DNA of 63,061 bases, the filler included. It is 9 parts of 9 records of this genome, joined end to end, with 100 filler letters (N's around TTAATTAATTAA, not from the genome) between each part and the next. Parts side by side here need not be neighbours in the genome. Positions count along the whole stretch, not along the records: positions 32,925 to 38,962 come from SRR7504441_7680; positions 39,063 to 44,021 come from SRR7504441_7681; positions 44,122 to 59,624 come from SRR7504441_7704; 6 more parts are not named here. One strand, given 5' to 3'. Under the pieces are notes generated by a model. It had not been told where the DNA came from, did no database searches, and saw nothing but the letters and a program-made list of their open reading frames with translations. A program made the translations under genes and the position numbers. Shown here piece after piece: positions 35,559-46,978 of the stretch. The first letter of the stretch is position 1; every line of letters begins with the position of its first letter.

Positions 35559-38393
35559 TCAATCAATGACCAGATCCAACCCTGGCAGGTCTCTGGCTGA
35601 CGCTTTCCCACGCGCGGCTTGCTCAGCTGTGCTCCAGGGTGATTGAAAGTGATACTCGCCAGACAGAACCTCCACTGCCACATAATTCACTTGATTGATT
35701 GTCTCATCACCAAGCACCGTCACGCCCGGAGCCTCAGTCAGGGGTTTCCCATCCTCTGTGACCTCATTCGGTCCGTGCCGGCTTGGAATCAAAACCTTGG
35801 CTTTGCCGTTCGCAGGAATAGTCACATTGTGCGAGAACCCATGGGCTGTCACTGCCCATGCACTCTGCGCCAGACCGTACAGCGCTGTGCGCTGGCCAGA
35901 CGCCCGTGTGACATCCCCAGCATCGACACCCGCTCGGATGGTCAACGGTGGATCCTCAGAAGCATGCACCCGAATCCCAGCGATGCCCTCGATGAACCAG
36001 AGACCGATACCGTTGAAGCATCCATGCATCTTCGAAAGACCGTTCCCACTTGTGTCCCACTGCTCGGGCCAGGTGGTGAACCCTTGCGACAAGAAGTAGC
36101 CGTATGAAGGGAAGGTGGTCTGATTGGTAAAGGTGAAGATCAGGTCGTTCCGGCCCGACTCCATCAGCATTTTGACCATAAAGTAAGTCCCTGTGAGCCC
36201 GGTGTCCAGGTGGCCTTTGTCGGTTACGGTGATGGTCTGGGCCAGGTTGCCCATTGTTTTGTCCTCGAGAGCTGTAGGCACCACACCCGAAGCAAGCGGC
36301 ATCACTGCATGCGTCTGCAAGCTGTCCAAGTAGACTCCGTCACTTGAACCGAATTTGGTATTTATGGCGTCGGCGAGCTTGGCAGCAGCAGCGCGATAAA
36401 ACGCTGCCTTGTCCTCGAACCCCAGGATTGATGAAATGTTAGCCACTAGTTTGGTGATGTAATGCAGATAGCAGCTGTTGAATAGAATATTCTCGGGCGA
36501 AGTGATGTTGCTCTCAGACCCGTGCGGAGTGATCCAATCCCCCAAGAAGATCCATTGGGAGACGCAACCGTCCCAGCAATGCAGCAGCCCGTCGTCCTGC
36601 GTGGCATCGGCAAAGAACGCGAGCAGGCTCTCCATGGTCGGGTACATGTCGGCCAGGATGTCTTCGTTGCCGTATGTGTTGTACGTCTGCCATGGGTTGG
36701 TGACCACGAATCCCCCCCAGGCCGGGCCGCCACCCCCACTAACAGTTGGAGCCGTGTTGGGCACCCAGCATTTGCCCGGAGTGGTGCACTTGGGCATCTT
36801 GGTGTCGCTGCCGCCGGTCTCTCCCTGCGTATCAGCAAAGTCCCGCATCCACTTGGAGAAGTAAGCCCCGACCTGGTAGTTGGCCAGAGCAAACTGGTAG
36901 CTGGTGTGCCCATCGCCTCCGTAGCCTCTCCTTTCTCTGTGCGGGCAGTCAACTGTCATGCCTCCAGTGGTCAGCCCCTGGTAGTTATTCACAGTAACGT
37001 CATAAATCCTCGTCATCAGCGCATTCGAGCACTCAAACTGCCCGGTCCGCTGTCCGAGCGAGGTCAGCCTCGTGCCCAGCACATCCGTCGGAGCCGGCTT
37101 GGCCTTGAGCCCAATGATAGTAATGTATTGGATCTCATTATACGAAAATCGCATCCGAAAGTCGCCCCGGCCGCTCGGCCCGAATTTGTACTCGTTCTGC
37201 ATGGCGAATTCGACAGGAACTCCGCCCGTGGTCGAAACCTGAAACTGCACTGTGCTGTTTGGCGCTCCTTGCATGTTTTTGACTTCAAACCAGCCCGTGA
37301 AAAGCTCGTCCATCTCCACCAACCAGCTCCCCGGCGGCGGCGGCGGGAAATGCGGATCTCCAGCCTTGGCTGGCGACACGCTCTTGGCCGGGACTGTTGA
37401 ATGTCTCACTGTGGCCTCCATTGCGTCGGCCGATATCTCCAGGCCTGGGTAGTCTGACAGCGGGTACACAGCCACCAGGCCCCAGCTCGAATCATCCAGC
37501 CCCGGAGAGTCCCAGCCGGAGAGCGCCTGGGAATCATCCAACTGGTCTCCCCCGAATCCACCAGCGCCCCATGGACCGAGGTGACGGGTACTGCTCATTC
37601 GGACCTTCCAGCTCTTGTCGCTCAGGATGACCTGACCAGCCACGTCCAGGCGGACCAGCACCAGCGGGGCTAGATTAGCCAGGCTGTGGTTCAGATCCGG
37701 GTATTGCGCCCAGCCGGCCGAAGCCCAAACTCCTAGAGCATTTACACCGGGCTTGAGCAGGGCTGAGATGTTGTATGTACGGTACAGCACTCGCTTGGGC
37801 AGGTAACTTACCGAAGGGAGCAGCACGCCCTCGCTGGCCGGCTGCCCGTTGACCGTGAGCTCGTGGTAGCCAACGCTGGCCAGGTGGACCAGGGCGGTCC
37901 CCCGTGCCGAGGCGGGCAGCCTGAACGTCTTGCGGAACCACGGGCACGCCGCCTGGTCCCCCGAGCCGGCCCCGATCAGTGCGGCGCCCCCCCACGCCGC
38001 ACGAGACAGCATTCCCATCGAGAAGACCGCCGGGGCAGCGTGCACGTTGGTTCGAGACCCGTTGGCAGCCTCGAGCGACAGCTCGACCGACCACGAGTAG
38101 GACCTCCCCGCCAGCAGGGCCGGGCCGGCGTACCTGACGTGGTAAGACCGGGCGGAGGCCACCAGACCGGAGTCCCACACCGAGCCGTCGGCCGCGCCCT
38201 CCGGTCCGATCAGCAGCCTGTAGGCGGTCTGTCGCACACCTCGGAGGCCTCCAGCAGCGATCTGCCAGGAGAAGCGCGGGCGGGGCCGGTCCAGGCCCAG
38301 AGGCTGAGCGAGGTGCTCAGTGGTGAGCTGGTGCACCGCTAGCTGGGCACCGGCCAGCTGCAGCCACAGCGCGAAGAGCCCGACGCCTCTCAT
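35559..38393 (-). CDS. Secreted GH78 alpha-L-rhamnosidase, intronless
   Basis: Signal peptide; PLGLDRPRPRFSW, QTAYR, VWDSG, TVDCPHRERRGYGGD, FLGDW, TGLTGT, TTWPEQW. Confidence 0.92.
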   Translation of the reverse strand: MRGVGLFALWLQLAGAQLAVHQLTTEHLAQPLGLDRPRPRFSWQIAAGGLRGVRQTAYRLLIGPEGAADGSVWDSGLVASARSYHVRYAGPALLAGRSYSWSVELSLEAANGSRTNVHAAPAVFSMGMLSRAAWGGAALIGAGSGDQAACPWFRKTFRLPASARGTALVHLASVGYHELTVNGQPASEGVLLPSVSYLPKRVLYRTYNISALLKPGVNALGVWASAGWAQYPDLNHSLANLAPLVLVRLDVAGQVILSDKSWKVRMSSTRHLGPWGAGGFGGDQLDDSQALSGWDSPGLDDSSWGLVAVYPLSDYPGLEISADAMEATVRHSTVPAKSVSPAKAGDPHFPPPPPGSWLVEMDELFTGWFEVKNMQGAPNSTVQFQVSTTGGVPVEFAMQNEYKFGPSGRGDFRMRFSYNEIQYITIIGLKAKPAPTDVLGTRLTSLGQRTGQFECSNALMTRIYDVTVNNYQGLTTGGMTVDCPHRERRGYGGDGHTSYQFALANYQVGAYFSKWMRDFADTQGETGGSDTKMPKCTTPGKCWVPNTAPTVSGGGGPAWGGFVVTNPWQTYNTYGNEDILADMYPTMESLLAFFADATQDDGLLHCWDGCVSQWIFLGDWITPHGSESNITSPENILFNSCYLHYITKLVANISSILGFEDKAAFYRAAAAKLADAINTKFGSSDGVYLDSLQTHAVMPLASGVVPTALEDKTMGNLAQTITVTDKGHLDTGLTGTYFMVKMLMESGRNDLIFTFTNQTTFPSYGYFLSQGFTTWPEQWDTSGNGLSKMHGCFNGIGLWFIEGIAGIRVHASEDPPLTIRAGVDAGDVTRASGQRTALYGLAQSAWAVTAHGFSHNVTIPANGKAKVLIPSRHGPNEVTEDGKPLTEAPGVTVLGDETINQVNYVAVEVLSGEYHFQSPWSTAEQAARGKASARDLPGLDLVID

Positions 38394-38700
38394 CCCGTCG
38401 GCAGCGCGAAGAGCCCGAGCTGAAAAATCGGCGAAGACCGTTATCGATGGAGGCTCACGTCGCCTGAGAGCGAGGCGCAAGCTTGCTTCAGTGGGCCCAC
38501 CCAGTTTGGTGTGCTGCTCCCGCGCACGCAGAGTCGACTCGGCAGCCCGCTCAGGTTAGCCTGGTCGCAGTCCGCTCTGTGGTCGCGGTGCTTGTGGCTG
38601 CGGTCGAGGCGGAACGATGGCTGACTCTGCAGCAGCACGATTAGAGAAGCGCCAGGAGCTAGGTGCCCTGCTTGGCGGCCCGTCGCCTGGTTGAGCCGGC

Positions 38701-38962
38701 ATGTGCGCAGATCGACTCTTTGAGCAGCGCCGCAAGAAGAAGGCCGAGAAAAAGGCTCAGAAGAAGGCCGAAAATGAGGCTGCAGCGGAGGCCGAGGTTC
38801 GCAAGGCAGCGGCCGATAAGCTAGCAGCCGAGGAGGCAGCCAGAAAGGCGGAGGCCGACAGGATAGCAGCCGAGGAGGCAGCCAGGAAGAAGGCCGAGGC
38901 AGATATAGCCGCAAAAGCAGCGGCCGACAAGCTAGCAGCGGAGCAGGCAGCCGCGAAGGCGG
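38701..38962 (+). CDS. Ala/Lys/Glu-rich repeat protein fragment (~14-aa RKA.AD..AAEEAA repeats), truncated by contig end
   Basis: Imperfect ~42-nt tandem repeats in an open frame; true start uncertain. Confidence 0.5.
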
Positions 38963-39062
38963 NNNNNNNNNNNNNNNNNNNNNNNNNNNNNNNNNNNNNN
39001 NNNNNNTTAATTAATTAANNNNNNNNNNNNNNNNNNNNNNNNNNNNNNNNNNNNNNNNNNNN
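38963..39062. other. Artificial contig linker
   Basis: N44-TTAATTAATTAA-N44. Confidence 0.98.
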
Positions 39063-39135
39063 TTACGTAAGGTCTTACGCAACATCTAAGTGTTCGATGT
39101 CGCGGTGTCCATGCACAATGTAGAAATCAAGTTTG

Positions 39136-39178
39136 ATTAAGATTTCGCAAAATGATCGGGTTCTGAGGATTTATCCCC
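39136..39178 (-). repeat. 43-bp dispersed repeat, copy 2
   Basis: Reverse complement ggggataaatcctcagaacccgatcattttgcgaaatcttaat matches 35475-35517 at 40/43. Confidence 0.85.
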
Positions 39179-39309
39179 CTAGCTTGAAATGTTCGGTACT
39201 AAGTAACTAACAATCCTCGTACCTACCTCGTACCAATATTTAGTACTACAATAGTACCAATACATCACTAACATCAGCATGACACCGATTGTCAGTCACT
39301 GAGTACCGG

Positions 39310-40771
39310 CTAAGACAGAAGCAATGCCGCGTTCTTCGCAGCGATGATCTCCGTTTCCATGCATGACACCGCAGACTCCATTGCGTTAACATAGGCCAGC
39401 CCAGGCAGCAGCTCAAACTCGGGCCATTCCCGCGAGGGCGTCAGCTTGGGGTAAGCACCGGAGGCATTCCATGCTACCCGCTGCGTGTGGCCACGTTGCT
39501 CAAACAACGTGTCTAAAAACACATCCTCCAACGGCGTCCGCGAAAACACCTGCCATGAACCCAGACAATCAGCAAACCCGCAGACTTCTGGCAAGCGTCA
39601 GCGTAATCAGTGTGGCGCATACCTTGTAGACGTAGGTGCCATCAGCAAGCCGGTCATGCTGCCCAATGCACGAGAATGGGATGGACGAATTCTCAACGGT
39701 CAGCACCGTATCGAAGTCACTCCTCCCGAACAGGGCCGAGCTGAGCTTGCCGGCTACAAACGTAGCGTAGGTCTGCTGGTAAGGCCTCCTGCTCGGCACA
39801 GCCACACCGGAGGGAAGCTCGATGGAGGTGAATTCTAAAGGAGTGGCGATCACTACCGCATCGAACGCTTCGGTATGGCGCTCGCCGTTCTCATTAGACG
39901 ATTGCAGCCGGAAGCCTGCAGTATTTCCCCGGCTGATCTTCGTTACGGTAGTGCTCATCCGCAATGCCGTCAGGTTTGCACGGCCCAAGAGCCCCTCGGG
40001 CAGGCTCGAGGTGCCGTTCGCGAGCTCAAACACGTGCCCGTCGATCCCCGCCCCGGCCAAGCTGACCAGGTCCACAAAGGCGTTCACAGTGCCCGGCTGA
40101 TTGTAGTTGTCGCGGCTCGCGCCGTCGATAAATTCCTTGGTAAACTTGGTCGATACTCCCAGTCCGTCCAGGTAGCTGTACGCGTCGGTCTGGGTCAGAT
40201 TATACAGCCCAAGCTGCTCAAACATCCGTCTGGGAGAGGTCCACGACACCCCGGCCGCTTGCTTCTGATAGACCTCAGCCAGCTTCCCCACGGCCGAGCG
40301 CACCGCGCCTACCATGCGGACCGGGGAGAACCCGTACCGGAGGGCAGCCGCGACCGGCAGCCGCCAGTCCTCGTGGGCGGTGAACACGAGCCTGCTGCCG
40401 TCCCATATCCCCAGCATGCTGTCCGTCCCGCTGGTGTCCGGCTTGGGCCTCAGCCCGAGCTCCGCCACGAACTGGGTCAGGTATTGGTTGAGGGTGCTGA
40501 TGGAAGTAGCGCCCGCGTCCACGGACACCCCAGTGGTGCCGAACGGAATGGTCCGGGTGCGGCCACCTACTCGGGCCGCCCGTTCAAATACAGTGATCCG
40601 GGCATCCGGGAGCCGCTGCCGAAGGAAGAAGGCCGAGGCAGCCCCTGCCACGCCGCTACCAATGACGGCCACACTCCCGGGCGAGTCGGCCAGCGCGGTA
40701 GCGGTGCACAGCCCGAAGAGGGCCCAGACGTGCCAGGCGCTTGCACAGAGAGGAAACACAGCCCGTCGCAT
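39310..40771 (-). CDS. PCYOX1: Prenylcysteine oxidase/lyase (PCYOX1-like)
   Basis: Signal peptide; VAVIGSGVAGA, VFE...VGGR, YK|VFS, AYP, YVNAMESAVSCMETEIIAAKNAALL; one ~70-nt intron. Confidence 0.9.
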
Positions 40772-40843
40772 GCGAGGTAGACTACACAACCGCACGGGAG
40801 CGGCAGCGCAGCGCAAGTCCGTTAACTTTGTCCGAGGTGTCCG

Positions 40844-43800
40844 ATGGGACGGGCACTGCTGCTGCTCTCGGTGCTGCCTGCAGTGCTGTGCACAGACATG
40901 CGGTTTGCCTGGATCCGGGCGATCGAATCTGGCCCGTCGGACACGCGATATCTGCTCAAGCCCGAGCAATACCTGATCGACCGCCAGTACCTTCTGCCGA
41001 ACGGCACCGAGCTCGTCGGAGCTGTCGGCACTTCCCTGCTAGCGGTGGCCACCACGGCCGCCCAGCGCGGTGGTCGCTTCCACGGCTGCGGCGTCAACCA
41101 CGTCAACAGGATTGGGCTGGTGCTAAGCAGCCGCTGCCTAGTGGCCAATATCCACTTCGTCGGCATTGAGCGAGGGCGGTACCCAGATTCGCACCCGCTC
41201 TGTGGCGGTGCGCCCTTCCAGACACCTGGCTGCGCCACGCCCTACTGTACTAATGGTCTGAACGCTAGCTGGCTCACGTTCGGTGGGGCGCCGGTGCGTG
41301 ACAGTGTGCTGGAAAATGTAACGATTGCGGGCGGGACGGTACAGAACGCCTTCTGGATGCCTGAGAACCCTGACCAGGGCTACTGTGAGAACATTACGGT
41401 GCGCAATGTGGTAGTGAATGGTAGCTGTGCCAGACCAGGGCCGTGCGCTCCGACCAGTGCCGACGGGAGCGGAGGCGGAGGCACTTGGGCTGATGGTATC
41501 AATATACACGGGGCACACCGCAATGTGCTCATCGAGGGCAACCGCATTCCGCACTCTGGCGACGATGGATTTGCGCTATGGAGTAAGGGCAGCCTGGCGA
41601 CTGGTGTCGCGTTTCGGAATAACTATGCAGCATCCATGCGGTATCCTCGGACTTGGCTCGCATCGTGCTTCGCTATGTATGGTGGCAACCAGTCCGCCTT
41701 TGTAGACAACACTTGTGTTCAAAGCGGCTCGCGTGGTGCTTTGTACCTCGCGCCGAGCTTCAACGGCGCGTTCATAGCGAACGTCTCTTTTGCAAAAGTC
41801 GCGGGCAACAACTTCACGAGATGCTGTCCCATATCCCCGCAGCACGCTGCTTGCGGTATCCACGGTGCGGTGCAGGCTCCGGGTTGCAACCAGACACGGG
41901 CTGAGGTGCTGCAGACAGTGCTGATCAACATGTCGTCGGTTATCAATCACATCTCGCCTCTGATGCTCGGTGCACACTTCAGCCCTCTTAACCACCAGAT
42001 CCAAGTGCTGCACAGCAACTTAATGTTCGACGAATCTTTCGAGCAGACCCCGCTCAACGGATGCACAACAGCCCACGGCGCGCTCTGCCGCTGCGGCTCG
42101 CCTGGCTGTCATGCAGTGCCCCGTCCGGATCAGTACGGCAACTATCAGAACCACTCATGGATCGGGGACCCTGGCAGCGGCCACTACCTTCTCCAGCCTC
42201 CATGCGCCAGCCCAGAGGGCACCGGGCCCGCGGCCAATCGATGCAGCTACAACGGCAATGTCAGTTACAGGCTAGCGCCTGGTGGCAGGGTGCTCAATCG
42301 GGGTTTATACAAGCAAGGGTTTGTGGTCAAGGCTGGCGAAAAGCTGGACGGCTACTTATTTGCTCGGGCCAACGGCACTTCCCAACTGTTGCTGACGCTG
42401 CGCGATGACGGCGATACCCTGGCGAGTACCACAATAGACGTCTTTGCCTCAAATTGGAGTCGTTACCACTTTGAGCTCACGGCCGCTCGCAGCACTGAGC
42501 CGTGCAGAGAGTTCCCGGCAGGCCGCCCGCCGCTCTGGTGCACCTGCTCAGAAGAGGAATGCCACACTTGCATCCGCTGCGGTGGCGAACTGGCTATTTT
42601 GCACGCGGAGGGGCGGCAGCCGATTGATCTTGATTACGTGTATGTGGCTCCAGTCGATGCCGTGATGTCCGAGGAGCATCTGCCGACAGTCAACCGGCTG
42701 CCAGTGACAGTAGCCCAGCGAATCCAGCCTCGGATGCTCCGGTACGGGGGCACGTTCAGCAAATGTCTCCACTGGAAAGCCTTTCGAGGCCCGATCTGGC
42801 TGCGACAGCCGTACAACGACGGCGTGCAATCCCATGCCGGCTCAACTCGTGCGTTTGGCTTTTTCGAGACTCTTGGGCTATGTGAGGCTCTCAACATCAC
42901 GTGTGTACTGGGCTTCTCGGTCAACTGCGGCCCCGATGCTGGCTCAGCAGCTAATCTAGCAGACTTCATCGAGTATGCATGGGGCCCGACGGATGGGAGC
43001 AGCGCGTGGGGGAGCCTGCGGGAGCAGGACGGGCATGTTGCGCCATATAGGCTCAGTCATGTGCAGCTGGGCAACGAGCAGCAGGTTGCCGAGCTAGTGG
43101 GCACCTTTGCACCCAAGGCAATGGCAATGGAGGCCAGGGCACGGCAGCTCGGCCGAGCTGGCGAGCTGACGTTTGTGCTTGGAAGTGACATGAGGAGCGA
43201 CAGTGGGGCGTCGATTGTCAGTGATGGAAACACCTCGCTGGTGCTCCAGGAGATCCGCGCAGCTGGGCTTTGCGAGCAGACTGTGTGGGATTTCCACACT
43301 ATTCCGTCGATCGACGGATACCCACAGCCTGGACTGGACTTGTTTCACCTGAGACAGTTCAAGACAGTGCTAGATGCTGCTGACTGCCCGTGTCGAGTCG
43401 CAATACTCGAGGAAAACCTGTGTCAGGCGCACTTTACCCGAGCACTGGCCGACGCATTTACCTCAAACGTGCTCCAAAGAGAGTCACTGGTGGTGATGCA
43501 GGCTACGTCGCAGCTGTGGAGCCGGGCCGGGAACTTCAATGACGGCTGTGGCGAGGGCCACATTTACACACTCCCGAATATGACCTGGCTCAGCCCGCCG
43601 GGCTGGGCCTCTCAGATGATATTCAGCACCTTCCAGCCAAACGCACTCAGTGTAGCCTTGGCCTCAGCAGCATGCCACCCCGAGGGCTGCTTGGATGTGT
43701 TTGCAGCCACCTCGCAATCAGGCAAAGAGATGACTATTAGAATTGTAAACTCTGGAAACAAGAGCCAACAAATCCGCTTTGTATTGGCACGCAGTTGCCG

Positions 43801-44021
43801 GGGATTTGAGCGGTGTGCACCACCGCGGGTGTCGCCAAATGCAAGACTGCTGTCGCTAACTTCTCCCTTGTCGGCCAACCAAACCCTGTATGTCGAGCAA
43901 GCCGGCGGTGTGAATCCGGTGTGGGCCCCGTATCAAATTTCCACGAAGGATCAAAACATTACTGATTTCGATATTGACCAGCCATTTGCGGTGCCTGCAC
44001 AAGCCTTCCAAGTGCTCACCC
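40844..44021 (+). CDS. Secreted beta-helix + GH51 alpha-L-arabinofuranosidase-like two-module protein, 3'-truncated, intronless
   Basis: WADGINIHG...HSGDDGFALWS beta-helix; SNLMFDESFE, LRYGGT, WGSLREQDGHVAPY...LGNE GH51 motifs. Confidence 0.8.
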
Positions 44022-44121
44022 NNNNNNNNNNNNNNNNNNNNNNNNNNNNNNNNNNNNNNNNNNNNTTAATTAATTAANNNNNNNNNNNNNNNNNNNNNNN
44101 NNNNNNNNNNNNNNNNNNNNN
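44022..44121. other. Artificial contig linker
   Basis: N44-TTAATTAATTAA-N44. Confidence 0.98.
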
Positions 44122-44379
44122 CTGGGCCTGAATCGGTGAATCCTGAGCGTGTCGTTTGTTTTGCTTGCACAAGGGAGCCCACCTTACTCTTATGCGAGCA
44201 TACGATTGATGGCCAATTTACCAAATCTAGAAGTCGAGAGATTACGAACTAGAGACAATTGAAAACATTTCTCTAGCCCCGCGGCAGCTTCTCTCATCGT
44301 GGAATGCTACTTACAGGCTCGCCGCCGGTTGCGATTGTCTCCAGGTGCACAGTGATCCAGAGAGCTCTCCGCACACGAG

Positions 44380-46696
44380 TTAGTAACGGCCTCTCCTGCC
44401 TAGATAGCTAACCGCATTGCCCGAGGCAACTATCTCGTCTTGATCTTCCCAGCTGCCTCTGCTCCGGCGCCCCCCCAGCAGCTCGTGGCTGGCACCATTC
44501 GGCTGCTGCCCGAGCAGCCGCTGCGCTGCCTGTGTGCCCGGTAAGCCCACTTGGTCCAGTGTGCGCAGCACGGCGGCCGAGTCGAGCGAGCCTTGCCCCT
44601 GCTCCTGCCTCTGCTGCAGCTGGGTGAGCGCATCCCTTATCTTAGTACTCAGCACATCCGCAAAAATCGGCAGCGCAGCCGCCTGCACAGAGGTGTACCC
44701 CTGTCCCAACAAGAGCTCACCCCCGCCGCTCCCGCCCGAGCACCTCGGCAGCAACCAGCGCCGCTATCCCCCGCTGCAGAGCGCACCGCGCCACAGGCCC
44801 GGAGCTCACGTGCTTAAACCTGCTTTGGCTGACTGACAGCAGCCCGGGCGGCGCACCGGGCGGCGGGCTCGGCGGCCTGGACGGCCCTGCTGCTGTCGGG
44901 CAGTTGCCAGGCAGTAGGCACGCACGAGGCCGGGTGCGACAGCTCAGGCCACTTGGGCGGCTTGGGCCTGCCAGAACTGTCTTGGGCTGCCAGCACAAGT
45001 GAGCGGCGCCCGACTGGGGCGAGCCACCAAGGAACTCGGCCATCGCTTCGGGCTGGCGGACGATCGCCGACCTCTCGCTGAACTCTAACTTTTCCTCCGA
45101 CTGGCGGAAGCAGTCGAGCTGCTGCCGCATGTTGCGGGTAGCAGTCATCCAGCTGGCCTCCTCAGACTGACACAGCCCAATCAACCCGGCACAGCCCGGC
45201 CCGTGCCTGCGCCCTGGTGGCTGTCACCAGCTTGGCCACGGCGGTGGCCGCGTCTGTGACGCCTTCGATGCTGAATCCGCCGCTCTGCGCCTGGAAGCCC
45301 TTCTGACGCCGGGTCAAGTCCGGCTCTAGACAGTGGAGTCCATCGGACTTCCCGTTGTCCAGAGCGATCTCTGGACAGCTTTCGAGCATCTCCTGGCTGT
45401 ACTGCTCCAGCTGGGCCGCGTGCGTCCGGTATATAGAGTCAGCGTTGATGTTGTATCTGCCCAGCTGGCTCAGCCCCGCAGCTGCCTGGGCGGCACGTGC
45501 GGCAGTTGGAGACCATCAGGGCAAGGTCGGTTGCGAATTGGGCCTTGGAGAAGTATTCGCACTTCTTGAGTTTGCGCTCCATCGTGGCGATATCCATCGG
45601 CGACTTGATTAGGTCGTAATAGTCTGGCGCCTCCGCCTTCTTCACCTGGCCTCAACTCGCTCCCGCCCGCAGCGCCGCCGTCACCTTAGAGAGGAAGGGC
45701 CAGACAAAGCTCTGGCAGTGCGGGCCCTTGAGCTGCTTGAGCATCTGGTGCAGGTGCGAGTTAAGCTCGTCCTGCCCTTCGACCACCGGCTTGTCCCACG
45801 CCTTGGTCACTTTCACATCGTTCAGCAGTCCTCCCAGCTCCCTGCTCCCCCCGCTGCTCTGCTTCCGCTTCTTAGGCTGCGGCAGCGCCGCCTCGCGGTC
45901 GCCGCCTCCAGGCTCCATCCGATACCCCGCCGCCCTCCGAACCGCCTGCACTCGCTCAGCCTGCGCACCACTCGCAGCACCTCCACTCGCTCAGCGCGGC
46001 TCACTAAGCTATCCAGCGACACCAGCATCTTGCTGCTGTCGAGCGACCGATCCCGGGCCAGCGCCGCCCGCCGCAGCTTGCTGGCGTCTAGCGCCGGCTG
46101 TGGGTCGTCGTCTACCATGCAGATTGGGTCGTCAGCTTCAGCCTCGGCCAGCCCTGCACCAGAGCTCAGCCAGCCGCAGCCCAGCCAGCCACCGGCCACG
46201 TCGAGGTCGTCGCCGCCGTGCTGCAGGCTCTCGTGCTCTTCCGGGCTCTCCTGAGTGTAGTACCTGCCGCGCGAGGCTCGGGATCGGCCAGGCCGCAGGG
46301 CACATCGACTCGACTGGGACTTTATACTGGCTTGCCCCGTCCATTGTGAGCCGATTCATATCCAGCCTGTCGCCCAGCTCGCATGTCCCCGGGCTCAGCC
46401 CCCACCCGCCCACGCGCATGTGCCCGATCACACTGCGCACCCGGAAGCACTGGAGCAGGTCCCGGGTGTATTGCACCACAGCCCGAGCCGTGCAGCTATC
46501 ATCCTGCCACCGGCCGATCGAACTGGGGCGGCCAGCATCGGGGCGCCTGCTTGATCTCGTCCTCGGGGGCCGCCGCCTCCGCCGAGGGCACCGGAACCCG
46601 CCCGTCGATCCCCGGTGCGATCGCTAGTACAGGACGCAGCTCGCCCCCGAACCGCTGGGCGAGCTCGCTCAGGTTGTGGCAGTTGTACTGGCTCAT
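44380..46696 (-). CDS. Bromodomain + histone-fold protein, Spt7 (SAGA)-like; ends approximate
   Basis: WPFLSK|VKKAEAPDYYDLIKSPMDIATMERKL...NCRT|YN; IVRQPEAMAEF; GYTSVQAAALPIFADVL histone-fold-like. Confidence 0.75.
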
Positions 46697-46978
46697 CCTC
46701 TTGCCCCCCCCGCCGGGCGCCTCGGGTTTCTAGCCACCCCCCAGCGCCGGCAGGGCCCGCTTTGCTTTCGCCTTGCCGCCGGCTCCACCTGGCTGTTCGA
46801 CAACGGATTCCTTGACCTTGATTGGCCTGGTGTGCAGCATCAGTATGCACTGGCCATCGGGATCGTAGGTCAGTCGCAGTAGTAGTAAATCGCGGGAACT
46901 AGGTACGTAGTTAATCTTAATCAAATGCATTATTTCCAAAAAAAATGTAATGCGGTAAGGTAGAGCGTTCCTAGCTAT

